Assembly (NCBI GenBank): GCA_965223265.1 | Contig: OZ244999.1 | Location: 4,288,001 to 4,352,000, forward strand | Direction of reading: 5' to 3' | DNA from: Planctomycetota bacterium | GTDB taxonomy: Bacteria > Planctomycetota > UBA8108 > SXIK01 | DNA: 64,000 nucleotides | Shown: positions 11,101-19,360 of the stretch, piece after piece | Numbering within the stretch: the first letter of the stretch is position 1 | How the letters are laid out: each line of letters starts with the position of its first letter | The notes under the pieces: model-generated | Told to the model about the DNA's origin: nothing | The model's input: the letters and a program-made list of their open reading frames with translations, nothing else | Database searches by the model: none | Translations under genes and position numbers: made by a program

Positions 11101-12330
11101 AAGATTCTGAAGCGTCTCGATCGCCGCGCCGATGCACTCGCGGTTCTCGACAGCGTCGATACGAGCCGACTCAGCGACTCGTACACGAACGAATTCCACA
11201 GTCTTCACCTCGAGCTCAAGCTCGCGGCGCTTGTCGCCGCGGGCATGGAGCGGGAGGTCATCGAACTCGTAGCAAAACGGTTCACCGATGAAGCAGCCAC
11301 GGTGCCAAGGGCCATCGCTGAGCTTGGTGTCGCTTTGCAAACGCTGGGTGATCATTTCAATGAGCAGGGAGAGCATGAAAAAGCCGTGGCATACCTTTAC
11401 CTTGCGGCGACCGCACTCGAACGAGCGGAGAGTGAAAAGAGCGGCAGCGCCTCGCATCGTTTCGACGCCATTGCCGAATCGCTCGCCACGTCCCAAGCGG
11501 CGCTCGGCCGCTTCACGGAGCCCGTCGATTTCATCTCCAAAGGTGCGAAGTGGAAATACTTCGACGCGGGCGAAGACCTTGGCGGCGCGTGGCGGGAGAC
11601 GGACTTCGACGACGCAGCATGGGAAGAGGGAAGCGGTAAGTTCGGCTATGGCGACGGCGAGGAGGTCACGACGATCGATTTCGGGCCAGACCCGGGTAAC
11701 AAGCACATCACCACGTACTTTCGCAAGGAAGTGTTGGTGGACGAAGTCGAGGTGATCAAGCGCTTTACTGTCCACGTCCTGCGTGATGACGGTGTGGTGG
11801 TTTATCTCAACGGCGTCGAGCTCTTCCGCGACAATATGCCCGCAGGAGACATAACCTTTACGACTCAGTCGGTGGCGACGGTCGGCCGCAGTCAAGAGAA
11901 TCTGTATTTCAAGCACAGCGACATCGATGTGCAGGACGTCGTGCGCGAGGGAAAAAACGTCGTCGCGGTCGAGCTCCATCAACGTGGACGAACAACGTCG
12001 GACTCCGGATTCGACCTGTTCGTCCGGGCCAATGAGCGGAGCTTGACTGAAATCCTGCAAACCGTGACGGTAGACACCATCGAAAGCACGCTTGGCGACG
12101 AAGTCTGGAGCGCGATTCCGCCAGCGGCACGCCTCCTCAAGCAACCAACGCCTGAGGAAAAGAGCACGCAAGATCCTGCCAGCGATACGAACAACACCGA
12201 CGATTCAGGAGCGAAAGCCACGCCGTCGACGGCAGCCGACGGTGGAGCGAAAGCGCCGGCGAAGGAAGCGGAGGGTGCATCTCCGCAAGATACAGAGGCA
12301 GAGGCAGAGGCAGATGACGGAGACGGATGA
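2149..12330 (+). CDS. Giant secreted TPR/alpha-solenoid protein (~3,390 aa) with C-terminal galactose-binding-like jelly-roll domain
   Basis: GGAGG RBS before ATG 2149, signal peptide ending SLAQA, many TPR-like helices in the N-terminal third, a WKYFD...FDDAAW...GYGDG...TTYFRK...DDGVVVYLNGVE...AVELHQ domain at ~11530-12030, and an acidic tail. Confidence 0.85.
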   Translation: MSVRSCVLSGARRWAVVTSLGTLLVALSSTPSLAQASADNPGARDDEDRAEAEDRVVRGNEKARKYFQVLQRRPSPGYLFDRFYNAWLDTDSIAGLEGFLTSAVETEETTANRLLLAFFYAKQGENVRALEHFRTALEKDPGSAETWYQKALVEQRTLDFDTAIKDLEHAAAAHPKADLERDILQLQGRLHARSGHTDRAQRVWGQLLEKNPGDEELQEDLIELQVAEGLYKSALATAESLVAMTKDPYVAILRRLRVGDIHQIAGQREQALAAYASSLDKVGSDTWLEKEILRQIDRVFRREDDITGLEKFLQQLVAKHPKRVGLQRKRVDVLVELGEGQAAAKAFAEILKVTPGDRAVREDYVDMLARAALLGKAIEQLERLLEQHPDDAELFVKLAQLQHDNKSPGAAKSTLQRYLATSDGSEYAHLRTARLMERFGQKASADTVFQRLLKAFPESEGARDAYAAFLHRVDRKREAIDVWKELAGGADRERLVRVARALSSRGENEAAFDLLYERLEDLRNDSTYLTQLCTVAISVKKFKEAMPWVRRLVAQAETPLDVENAVARAALVAERADMIDDLSQELTTSELPQEICLLANLYERTGDSKRAEEALARIGEVEPLLTATQRVQLFRHRRDYERAAKEAAALVGLPGGRRVANVQKVVELFKRAHDLESALEWIPEWKKLTPGSTLPWLSEAKLQLADGRNAEAVDVLRRAAQQFDGDAEIRAALAGMYAADGKLADAERIYLQLYEESESVTTKLRWVQEIARIAEMRGTSGALIEQFEERRKNNRTSITPLLALAEIYRESDDYEGRRRVLLEAARLKPQNLDLLLAIARVEESEQEYDRALSTLESAVKVAPEAERNRIRERIARLHFGAGEDEEGFHVLQEIAGGDNLDSTIVENLAQSMMGIGDWTAAAEFLRPFVEKLPDQYRIGYLYAVALEEDRQESAALAVFSELLRVVEEPQPENSPSPPSSTSGRFQYLESLRQLVPEATIEIVRLQNSTRAAYQHRQESRRRFHSTRVVSPATVNMPHDIDALHSFCLVHLSTLAQQLDEDGVAGIKASLVGAGIPFAKYFSDIDLETLRRGRVLGLLEKYPNDEAIMALALITQRSDRTQLDVQQLQTAAKMFEKNLPELVYLAGLAAASIVESEDVAIKELIEKSLRTADTIESPSMQTLSATLRAVGSPGFGTPSAPSLSEAQKKTLVRRLVDWYPKVNHPNTSASWVFPNIAGALANSEGVEALLAFLDEEVAKPASRQSTPASRHARRMVFGRRGNELLLVPLTFPPSFLVEFPSHVLEVVADDGNHRYRQILGEALNLDADALQRHVDQLKSPILRALLAHRAVMTDAAKKAVRSLVEAKEPSIDGLLLAAAYAADVDEDLPAAVEYAKRARFLPMTRALRRRLDAAILAWSVAGLSGDFKADEPIKTAGRDAALRLRRAPLAASEREELVAALEQLELSDEARKLEARVVPAAKTPGLRVRSRSPFRPQSQSRVQKLLTAGERDRALAILASDLKRFASSGLQPQSAFRSQYDLEKWLAQIAAHDLGDELLKQVDPGANAGPRRMAQFAYACEVLGQKEKAREIYTEVAAERRKDMGVRLRLVALTLESDLAAGADMLTTLDPFTMEILGQYMYGVVHSDTLPYAQRLAHVETVVSAALRTKNSSNSSLQWIIRLLDSLDRMRHVDGVHIGGVYDVEDRTSTPRDEARQEKIDGLRKQRREVHDRLCRALLGAPQLAREGFRRLSGFMVQEGQDADAFRLAKDAILAPSTGPGADHGRLAFLSRHHGSEVNKIPMWEAEQFVVLHAYKEGDRSLIEQDIATVLEGRKGRTNHLVAEALRKDLDLYFTAPEDFLDHARQRCEEARRGTHGSKGTGGVLTTVVEAWKVRELDVDLSGFLFKELIDTRNQGRVDSHVLVFTLMLEIHRRRGEEAIGEALEQLAGVYLGPKTERAALFEKHFDPTSMQHGTRNATLHEYLRIVEQLSRDSRLFYTIAEHYETDVQPLLGSQRRNIWPQSHPLLDRTTYTDFETATELLEASPLIKDGAEVRFYLARRGNLRDSFFVQVASQMQSLEAEPMKKYVTFFRAQNTLGGSLLAALVAREPSSWNAFLENHRPGIKAQPPRRLAQLSRFVREEMSAWVDVAKLSPDAVATLEWMKSQGDSSLEDKIERLLAAYRLTDLKIQPHELDDRAREYLKALLPQEPKKAARVFWKATELMRNAQRTNRWHMSYGDDRTFSGNLLESLLSDDNRSAALGFVYEILAAPNPIVKVEAPRTSALEMSLRHLKRTPRRNKRTSAEADRDALREAVAKVADVLPAKHCHLATPALFGLLQTFVTSDSTRNQEILELLKEESQRENFPELAKQLHVVATALALKSSPGGAAPEEREAGLKEVSRRFLENLRDPTIRVDLRLRIAASVVHHCGDVLPFAVTAAAVDVLEAAWSQRSVVSRDDVRRVIKHFLHPVHERDDLWQTSGKKFVQAWKKKVLLRPSDRGGHSSYRDQEILQTALKLCFHLGDEQSVNQILARSSDQLDGGWLVFFIRSGTPEQVTRILMRGWERLDWRSGSRDPKVAVFDDEIAAKLPELVEGLESPEMKLFLEAFVKSLPDASTNAQANPQQKPSPPSATRQPESHSKEQEKESEPPPKLPSRDERLVELSERVNQHEFQNVLIRDAVFSFLVESALAAQIMADKIKQVAPAVSPLTFMTRRSGSGLSQAQRSQKQKLFAAHLRLSLQSGPESALETLAAIERVQVQNSVHIRRRAIQHLVRSLREAFRSDASDWTPEARRKNAGFWTAVLSIKDPYQTLRHEFTTIAAHGLVYSTLEGGETASDFQNAFSALDETTHERLTQDYGFSETVLREISHAMKGRDIPREVRRAAALSWLSHPAFEGSLAHHGGAQTSVFQRLVSAKLLSEEELLHIGTQLVKASPREGNAASELAKFQVNAKQFEAALETYREGIRYLPPTSKGRYSRFHVEQAKILKRLDRRADALAVLDSVDTSRLSDSYTNEFHSLHLELKLAALVAAGMEREVIELVAKRFTDEAATVPRAIAELGVALQTLGDHFNEQGEHEKAVAYLYLAATALERAESEKSGSASHRFDAIAESLATSQAALGRFTEPVDFISKGAKWKYFDAGEDLGGAWRETDFDDAAWEEGSGKFGYGDGEEVTTIDFGPDPGNKHITTYFRKEVLVDEVEVIKRFTVHVLRDDGVVVYLNGVELFRDNMPAGDITFTTQSVATVGRSQENLYFKHSDIDVQDVVREGKNVVAVELHQRGRTTSDSGFDLFVRANERSLTEILQTVTVDTIESTLGDEVWSAIPPAARLLKQPTPEEKSTQDPASDTNNTDDSGAKATPSTAADGGAKAPAKEAEGASPQDTEAEAEADDGDG

Positions 12331-12410
12331 CGGAGACGGATGACGGAGACGGATACAGAAACAGAGGCAGATGACGGGAACAGAGGCAGATGACGGAGAC
12401 AGAGGCAGAG
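12295..12410. repeat. Degenerate tandem repeat: (GAGGCA)x3, (GATGACGGAGACG)x3, then ACAGAGGCAGATGACGG variants
   Basis: Read directly. The 13-bp units span 12313-12351 and contain the stop codon of the giant ORF. Confidence 0.85.
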
Positions 12411-12460
12411 TACTCTCACGCACACGCAATCGCTCACCGACCACCGACACGCATTCGCGG

Positions 12461-12484
12461 CGGCACGCGGAGCGTGCCTGCTAC
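12461..12484 (-). repeat. GTAG-type REP hairpin
   Basis: Reverse complement is GTAGCAGGCACGCTCCGCGTGCCG, the same family as 21582, 37972 and 45599. Confidence 0.75.
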
Positions 12485-12704
12485 TATGGGAGACACGCAA
12501 ACGCGCTCGGCGTCTCATTGGGAGCGCAAGGGATCGCGCCCGCCACGAACGCAGCGGGCGCATGGGATAACGCTCTGCGAGTCAGTGCGCGAGGAAGCGC
12601 CAGATCGCAATCGCACCCCCACACCCACACGCCTACCCCTGCCACTTTAAACGCCCACGTCAGCTTCGGGCGTCGCCGACAACCGCTATCGCGGGCGTCG
12701 CGAG

Positions 12705-15212
12705 TCAGACTCTCCTCAGCAGAAGCCCGAGCAGTAGCAGGGCGAGGCTCGAGAGATAGCCAATGTGCGCGATCGACTCGCGATGCAGCACTGCGCTCAC
12801 GTCGTCCTTGACCGCGTCCACAGCCAACGGCGCCAAATTCCCAAGCGCAGGCGGAAGCTTGCGCGACAGCCGGTATTCCGGCGGATAGGGTCGGTGGTAG
12901 TGCAGCACCTTGAGCTTGTCGTGCTCGGTGTCATGGAGCCGCAGGGTCAAACGATCGTGCCCTGCGACAGGCACTGCGGCGGCATAGCGCCCAATCCCCG
13001 TCTCGGCCACGTCGACCTCCCGCGTGCGACCGTTGCCATCAAGCACCTGCGCATCCCAGGTCACACCCGAGACCGGCGCTCCCGAGTCGTCCACTCTGGA
13101 GATATCGATGGTCCAATTCTCGTGAGTCGTGAGCGATCGTGCCATGAGCCCGCGCGCGCCTTGCTTTCGCACGACCGAACGAAGAGCCTGCGCCCAGAAT
13201 CGTCCGCAGTCATCCCATGATAGCCACTCACCACCCCACCTCTCGGACACGTCGCTTGTGTAGGCTAACCCTGTTCCGAGTCCAAACCGCGACACCGCTA
13301 AGAGTGGATCGCCCGTCTCTTGAGCCAGGAGGAGCTGCGCTGTCGGCTTTACCTGGGTCATGACGTAGCCGAGAGTGAACGGCAGCTCTTGCCCAGCGTA
13401 ACCGCTCAGCATCGGATGATCACCGACCTGCACGACGCCGAACAAATCCTCCTTGATGGCGGAGCGTGAGGCCTGCATCGTCTCCTTCGTAAAGATTTGC
13501 GGCACGCTGTTTGGATCCATGGTCTCGTAGTAACGACCGCGCCCCACTTCGGCGATGCTCGACATGAGCTGGCGATCGGCGCCTTCTCCGAGCGCCACGG
13601 TCGAGACGGTGATTCCCGAATCGGCCATCGACTGCGTCAACGTCATGTGGTCAGCCTGCTGCGTTTGGCCGTCGCCAAGAACGATCATGTGCTTCACCTT
13701 GGCAGCTACGTTCTCCAGCATGTCGTTCGCCAACTCCATCGCCGGATACATGAACGTGCCACCGCCTGCGTCCAATTGGTCAATCGCCCCCTGAATCGCA
13801 TCAGACTCTGCAGCGGTGCGAATCTCGCTGATGACGAACGCCGAGCCGTTGAAGGCAACGATTCCAATTTCGTCCTGCGGACTCAAGAGCTCGACGGCGG
13901 CTTTCGCAGCTTGCCGTGCCAAGGCGATCTTCATGCCATTCATGCTGCCTGATTTGTCGATCACCAGGACCATAGCGAGAGAAGGTTTCTCCTTCTCTTT
14001 CTCGAACCGCGAGGTCAACGGCAAAACCTCTTCCACTGGAGTTTTGTAGTACCCACCAAGACCGAAGCTGTTTTCCGACCCGAACATCGCCAGGCCACCA
14101 CCGAAGTCAGCGACGTAGCGCTTGAGCAGCTGCATTTGACGCGGCGTCAGACTCGTCGCCGGCAGGTTCGCTAGCACGATTCCGTCAAACGCCAGTAACT
14201 CCTCCATGGTTTCAGGCAAGCCGAACGTCCCGCGCAAGTCGACGGCAAACTCCTGCTTGCGCAGCATCCGAGCGAACGGGCGATTCTCCTTCGGGTCCTC
14301 GTTGAGGATCAGGAGTCGAGGCTTTCCGCGCACGGTGACGGTGCAGGAGCTTCGGTTGTTGAGCGGAAAATGGTCTTCGTCGGGGACGAGCTCGGCACTC
14401 CAGACGCTTGCCCCCGGAGTCGACATCTCGACGTCGAGATAGACGGTTTCCTCCTCATCCGCGGACAGCTGGACCGGTGCTTCCGTGACGACGACACCGC
14501 GATGGAGGATCCGAAGCTGCCCGGACATCACCTCGTTGGCAAAGAGACGAGCCGTCATGCGTACCATCTCACCCTGAAACGCGTTCGCCGTGCTTGGCGA
14601 CAAGGAAACCACGGCGGCCTCTGGGTGGGAGATCCCCTCGAGCTTCTCCAGAAAGACCTCTACCCCCTCGGCGCGTAGGATTCGGAGCGCCTCAGCGCTA
14701 GCGGAGTGCGTCTCCTGCCCATCGCTGAAGAGCACGATACGGCGTGCCTTCTCCGCAGGAAACGACATCCTGGCGGCCAGCAGCGCATCACCGAGACGAC
14801 TGGCACCGCGGAATCGATCATCGGCGAGCCCCGATTGCCAACTCTCCAGTTTCTTGCCCAGCTCATCAGGCGTGAAAGGACGCACTTCGCTGCCCACCGC
14901 GAGCAGCGACCAGCTATCGCGCGCGCCCAGTCGACCGGCGTAGTCGCGGACGCGAGTCACTGCCCCCTGCGCAGCTGACAGGTCGACGGACTCGGAGACG
15001 TCCACGAGAAAAACGACATGAAGGTCCTCGTTCTGCTGCGACACAAACGGGCGGCAGAGAGCAAGGATCAAGAGCAAGATCGCACCGACGCGGAGCGCAA
15101 ACGCCGTCAGTTTCGCCCACCGAGGACGATCCACCAAACTATAGCGAAGCCCGACCACGAGGATCGCGACGACGCACAACCAGAGGAGCGGCTTGAAGCT
15201 CAAAAACTCCAT
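12705..15212 (-). CDS. Membrane protein with two VWA domains and a GATase1-like domain
   Basis: N-terminal TM pair, DVSES and DKSGSM MIDAS-like motifs, GGGLAMFGSENSFGLGGYYKTPVEEVLP segment, C-terminal TM. Confidence 0.85.
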   Translation of the reverse strand: MEFLSFKPLLWLCVVAILVVGLRYSLVDRPRWAKLTAFALRVGAILLLILALCRPFVSQQNEDLHVVFLVDVSESVDLSAAQGAVTRVRDYAGRLGARDSWSLLAVGSEVRPFTPDELGKKLESWQSGLADDRFRGASRLGDALLAARMSFPAEKARRIVLFSDGQETHSASAEALRILRAEGVEVFLEKLEGISHPEAAVVSLSPSTANAFQGEMVRMTARLFANEVMSGQLRILHRGVVVTEAPVQLSADEEETVYLDVEMSTPGASVWSAELVPDEDHFPLNNRSSCTVTVRGKPRLLILNEDPKENRPFARMLRKQEFAVDLRGTFGLPETMEELLAFDGIVLANLPATSLTPRQMQLLKRYVADFGGGLAMFGSENSFGLGGYYKTPVEEVLPLTSRFEKEKEKPSLAMVLVIDKSGSMNGMKIALARQAAKAAVELLSPQDEIGIVAFNGSAFVISEIRTAAESDAIQGAIDQLDAGGGTFMYPAMELANDMLENVAAKVKHMIVLGDGQTQQADHMTLTQSMADSGITVSTVALGEGADRQLMSSIAEVGRGRYYETMDPNSVPQIFTKETMQASRSAIKEDLFGVVQVGDHPMLSGYAGQELPFTLGYVMTQVKPTAQLLLAQETGDPLLAVSRFGLGTGLAYTSDVSERWGGEWLSWDDCGRFWAQALRSVVRKQGARGLMARSLTTHENWTIDISRVDDSGAPVSGVTWDAQVLDGNGRTREVDVAETGIGRYAAAVPVAGHDRLTLRLHDTEHDKLKVLHYHRPYPPEYRLSRKLPPALGNLAPLAVDAVKDDVSAVLHRESIAHIGYLSSLALLLLGLLLRRV

Positions 15213-15218
15213 CGAGGG

Positions 15219-17207
15219 CTAACCCACCTTGCGACGATGGTAGAGAAGTGATTCCAAAACGAGAAGGAGGATCGCAAAAACGGTCAACAAAGTCGGCAGT
15301 GAGTTGCCGCGGTGGATCGGCAATGCCGTGTCGCGGACGTCCGAATTGTCAAGAAGGCTCTCGCTCGCCGCGAGCAGGCTGCTCGCGACTCTCCACTCGC
15401 CGGACTTACCGACGATGTCGTAAAACCCAGAGTACCTAAGCGGCCCGAAAACCTTGGTGGCGACGGTCGTCTGAGCGCCGTTTGGCGCGCGAATCGTCGT
15501 TAGGCTGCCCTCCTGAGACCCTGGCAGGGGAGCTGTCGCTCCGGTCGGGTACGTTGCCGCGATCGTCTCTTCGCGGCCGCCCAGATGCGTCGCCGCGCTG
15601 TAGACGAGGACCGGGAACCAAGCACTAAAGAAAAAGTCACCCCGTGCCGGATCCATGTTGACGACGATGGCAGTTTTGCCGCCGCGGTTCACCTTGAAGA
15701 TCAGAGGCATGCCTTGATCGCTCTCCACAAGCACGAGAGCTCCCGCAGGTGCCGACAACCTTCGCGCGCCCGCGAACGACAGCGTCGAAACGTCAAAGTG
15801 ACGCAGCGCCGGATGGTCTTCGGCGACGACCCGTGGCACGACTGTCTCGACTTCGTCATCACCGGCATCCTCCCACCAGATCGAGCTGCCGCTTGGACTA
15901 AAGACAAGAGAAAGTGGCGCGTCGGGCGCGCTACCGGTGGCAACGACGAGCTCAGGATCATCCCCAACCAAAGTGACGAGCGCCGACGCGGCCTCGAACG
16001 ACAAGATCGTACGCTCAAAAAAGTAAGGGTTCTTCGTCCGTACGGCGACGCGTACAGGGCGCGGGGCAGGGACGTGGAGAAAGGCGACATCGTCGAGCGC
16101 GAGGTGGTCGTGCGTGGCAGCCTTGAGTCGCGCAGTCCAGCGCCCCAAGGAAGCGCTCGTGACGTTATACGTCTCCGACTTGTTGAGACCAGGCTGCAGC
16201 GTCAGTGGAATAACTTTGACAGCACTCTCGCTACCGTCTGCCGCGTCGACGTGGCTCAACGTCAAATCGGCCTCCACTTCCTGTTCAAAAGACGACGCGA
16301 TCTGAAAGTAGAAACCCAGCGAGTCGCGCTGGCCAGGGAGCACTTGCAAGTCGCAGCGCGCGATGCCAATGTTTCCCTGCCGGCCGCCGATCTTGAGAAG
16401 CTCGATGGAGGCCAGCGCTCCGAGGCCGTGTCGATCGTGCACCCGGCCACGCGTCTCGCTCGTACCACTTTCGGTGACACCGTTCTCCGAGTCCGCATCT
16501 GGCGAGTTTTCGGTCTCCGAAGCACGACCGCCGTCTCGATGGTTCGCGCCGGCGCCATTCTTCGAAGGACCTCGCCGCGTCGCCATTCGTTCGTCCGAAC
16601 TCATGAAGCAGCCATCGCTGAGGAGCAAAACGCGATGGTCTCCCACGCTCGTCTCAGGCTCCTCGCCCAACGTCAAGTCGCGTGCAGTGACGACAGAGTT
16701 CAGCGCTTCACTGCGAAACGCCAATTCGGACGGCTCGATCCCCTCAATCGCCTCGAGAAGCTCGTGGGGATCGCGCGTGAAGTGGGCTCGATAAGAGAGC
16801 TCGAAGTCGACGGCGGCAACCGCGGCGCGCTGATTGCCATCCAGGGCGCTGACGATGTCCACGGCGATCTCTTTGGCACGCTCGAGGCGCGTCTTGCCGC
16901 CCTCCGCGGCGCTCATGCTGGCACTTCGATCGATGAGCAAGAGCAGATCCTTGCGCTCGTCATCGGACCATTCGGGACGGGTCATCGCCAACACAACAGC
17001 CGACAGCACAAGCAACATGATCAACAGGCTCCACAGGTCGCGCAGCCGATTGAAAAGGCTCGTCGCCCGCTTCTCGCGCAAGAGCGTCTGCCAAAGGAAA
17101 TACGCGGTCGTGGGCTTTCGCGTCGGGCGCACCTTCAGAAAATAGATCGCCGCCAACGGGATCACACTCAGGAACGACCAGAAGAAGACCGGCTCCAAGA
17201 AGTTCAT
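15219..17207 (-). CDS. BatA-N + VWA domain membrane protein
   Basis: MNFLEP...IYFLK BatA-type N-terminus, LLLLIDRSASM MIDAS motif, C-terminal TM ending LESLLYHRRKVG. Confidence 0.85.
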   Translation of the reverse strand: MNFLEPVFFWSFLSVIPLAAIYFLKVRPTRKPTTAYFLWQTLLREKRATSLFNRLRDLWSLLIMLLVLSAVVLAMTRPEWSDDERKDLLLLIDRSASMSAAEGGKTRLERAKEIAVDIVSALDGNQRAAVAAVDFELSYRAHFTRDPHELLEAIEGIEPSELAFRSEALNSVVTARDLTLGEEPETSVGDHRVLLLSDGCFMSSDERMATRRGPSKNGAGANHRDGGRASETENSPDADSENGVTESGTSETRGRVHDRHGLGALASIELLKIGGRQGNIGIARCDLQVLPGQRDSLGFYFQIASSFEQEVEADLTLSHVDAADGSESAVKVIPLTLQPGLNKSETYNVTSASLGRWTARLKAATHDHLALDDVAFLHVPAPRPVRVAVRTKNPYFFERTILSFEAASALVTLVGDDPELVVATGSAPDAPLSLVFSPSGSSIWWEDAGDDEVETVVPRVVAEDHPALRHFDVSTLSFAGARRLSAPAGALVLVESDQGMPLIFKVNRGGKTAIVVNMDPARGDFFFSAWFPVLVYSAATHLGGREETIAATYPTGATAPLPGSQEGSLTTIRAPNGAQTTVATKVFGPLRYSGFYDIVGKSGEWRVASSLLAASESLLDNSDVRDTALPIHRGNSLPTLLTVFAILLLVLESLLYHRRKVG

Positions 17208-18067
17208 GCCACGAGTCCCCCGCGGCGCAGAATATCCTGGATGACGTGCTCAAAGGGGACCCGTGGGCTCGACGCAGCGAGACCGATACCCTGCCGCGCA
17301 CAGCACCTCTCGAGATCTTCATTCCAGCGCTGGACGGCGCGCTCGTATCGTGCCGCATCGTTCGGCGTGATCGTTACACGCTGCCGCTGCCTGGTTTCAA
17401 CGCAGTGGAGTTCGACATCTCCTTTCCAATCGCAGCGCGTGTCGAACTCATCTTGTACACGCAGGCAAAAGACGTCGTGTTTGTGCCACTGCAAAAACTT
17501 GAGACCGTCCTCGAAGCCTGACGGAAACAGAAAATCGGACAGCACGATGACGACTCCACGTCGTCTATGCCGCACCTGAAAAGCACGCGCGCAGTCAGTG
17601 AAGTTCGTGTCGCCGCCAAAAAGTTGAGCGTCTTCGAGCGCCGTGAGAAACGGCAGGATCTTGCCTCTGCCGTGACTCGGCTCCAACAGCATGTCGAGCT
17701 CGTCGGCTGTTCGGTAAACGACCACTTGGTCCAAACTGTTGAGAGCAATGTATCCAAGGGCCGCAGCGAGCTGTTTCACATAGTCAAACTTACGCTCCAT
17801 CGACCGACTGCTGTCCAGAAAGATGTAGATGGTGACATCCTCCTCGAGCTCAAAGAGCTTGATCAGGAGTGTCTCGAATCGTGCATAGACGCGCCAGTCG
17901 ATCGCGCGGTGGTCATCGCCGAGAGAATACTCGGCATAGTCGGCGAACGTTATGCCGCTCCCCTTCTTCGTGCTCCTGCGGTCTGCTTGGAGCGTGCCAC
18001 CGAGGACCTTGCGTGCCAGCAGGAAGAGTGACTCAAGTCGCCGAATGAAATCAGGATCAGTCAGCAT
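17204..18067 (-). CDS. DUF58 protein (MoxR partner)
   Basis: GSGITFADYAEYSLGDDHRAIDWRVYAR, IFLDSSRSM and IVLSDF motifs. Overlaps the next gene by 4 nt. Confidence 0.93.
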   Translation of the reverse strand: MLTDPDFIRRLESLFLLARKVLGGTLQADRRSTKKGSGITFADYAEYSLGDDHRAIDWRVYARFETLLIKLFELEEDVTIYIFLDSSRSMERKFDYVKQLAAALGYIALNSLDQVVVYRTADELDMLLEPSHGRGKILPFLTALEDAQLFGGDTNFTDCARAFQVRHRRRGVVIVLSDFLFPSGFEDGLKFLQWHKHDVFCLRVQDEFDTRCDWKGDVELHCVETRQRQRVTITPNDAARYERAVQRWNEDLERCCARQGIGLAASSPRVPFEHVIQDILRRGGLVA

Positions 18068-18158
18068 CGTCTGTCAGTCTCTTCTTCCATCTGTCGCGTC
18101 GCGCCCGTCCGCACCGCCGTCAGTGCCCTTCGTGTCAGCTCTTTCGCCGCTCTCAGCG

Positions 18159-19172
18159 TTAGCTTGCACTGCCGATCGGGCTCCCACGAACGTCCTCGAT
18201 CACGCTACGCAGCAGATCGTCGCAGCTGATGCCTTCCGCCTCGCCTTCGAAACTGAGGATCAAGCGATGGCGAAGGGAAGGGAGAGCCACCGCGTCGATG
18301 TCTTCTCGCGCGACGTGATACCGACGGCGCAGAAGAGCGTGAGCTCGGGATGCAGATAGAATCGTCTGAGCGCCACGAGGCGATGCACCGATGCGGACGT
18401 ACTTTTTCACCTGCTCCGGCGCTTCGTCGCTGTCGGGGTGCGTCGCACGCACGATGCGAATCAGGTGATCTTGCACCGAGTCTTCAATCGGAATCGTGCG
18501 CAGAGTGCGTCCCATTCTCAGCACGTCCTCACCGCTGGCAACAGCTTCGATTGTCGGAGCAGTGTTGCCACCGGTGCGACGGAGAATCTCGGCGACTTCC
18601 TCGTGACTGGGAGAACTGATGTGCAATTTGAAGAAAAATCGATCGAGCTGCGCTTCGGGGAGAGGATAGGTTCCGTCGTGCTCGATCGGGTTCTGCGTTG
18701 CCAGGACGAAGAAAGGCGACGGCAAGGGATGCGTTTCACCCGCTACTGTCACCGACTTTTCCTGCATGGTTTCCAAAAGAGCGGACTGCGTCTTCGGGGT
18801 GGCACGGTTGATCTCGTCAGCCAACAGAATGTGGCAAAAGACGGGGCCCTCTTGGAACTCGAACGCTTTCGCGCCGCTGCGTTCGACGAGGAGATTGCTG
18901 CCAACGATATCCGCTGGCAGCAAATCCGGTGTGAACTGGATGCGACGAAACCTCAAGTGCAGCGCCTGGCTCATCGTTGTGACGAGAGCCGTCTTACCCA
19001 GACCAGGCACGCCCTCCAATAGAACATGGCCGCCGCAGAGAGTCGCTACGAGAACATGCTCGACGATCTCCTGCTGCCCGACGATGAACTTACCGATCTC
19101 CTCCTTCAGCTTAGCGAACGTATCGACGAAGTGTTCGATCGCCTGCTCGGGATTGAAGTCGTCGTCCGGCAT
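18159..19172 (-). CDS. moxR: MoxR family AAA+ ATPase
   Basis: HVLLEGVPGLGKT, RIQFTPDLLPADI, LADEINRA, ATQNPIE and GTYPLPEAQLDRF motifs. Start set at MPDDDF (19172); the longer ORF start runs through a MITE. Confidence 0.95.
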   Translation of the reverse strand: MPDDDFNPEQAIEHFVDTFAKLKEEIGKFIVGQQEIVEHVLVATLCGGHVLLEGVPGLGKTALVTTMSQALHLRFRRIQFTPDLLPADIVGSNLLVERSGAKAFEFQEGPVFCHILLADEINRATPKTQSALLETMQEKSVTVAGETHPLPSPFFVLATQNPIEHDGTYPLPEAQLDRFFFKLHISSPSHEEVAEILRRTGGNTAPTIEAVASGEDVLRMGRTLRTIPIEDSVQDHLIRIVRATHPDSDEAPEQVKKYVRIGASPRGAQTILSASRAHALLRRRYHVAREDIDAVALPSLRHRLILSFEGEAEGISCDDLLRSVIEDVRGSPIGSAS

Positions 19173-19201
19173 GGTGTTTCTTCCTGCCCTTTCGTCGTTA
19201 A

Positions 19202-19322
19202 CAGCCTGCCTGAAAAAGTGCTTCGAGTCGGAAAGTGGTCTCTTCGCGTCCACGTCGGTTGCGGCAAACCCAGGTAATCTCCGAGCCTTCTTCGACGAGG
19301 ACATTACGGCGAGTATTGACGC
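19202..19322 (+). mobile_element. Truncated MITE copy (left end and centre only)
   Basis: TTAA then CAGCCTGCCTGAAAAAGTGCTTCGAG...CTCTTCGCGTCC...GGTAATCTCCGAG...GAGTATTGACGC matches the other copies; no right TIR recognisable. Confidence 0.75.
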
Positions 19323-19360
19323 AGGACATTCTCGCGTCATTTTTTTACCGCATTGGTGTC

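Noticed and set aside
15585-17579. Long antisense ORFs (also 407-1339, 10915-12171, 34726-36012, 31321-32301)
   Set aside because: Shadow ORFs opposite well-supported genes, expected at high GC.
19173-19340. N-terminal extension of MoxR and similar short ORFs (DAKRP...SKHFF) at 26985, 36687, 37620 and 48308
   Set aside because: These are translations of the MITE, not a protein family.
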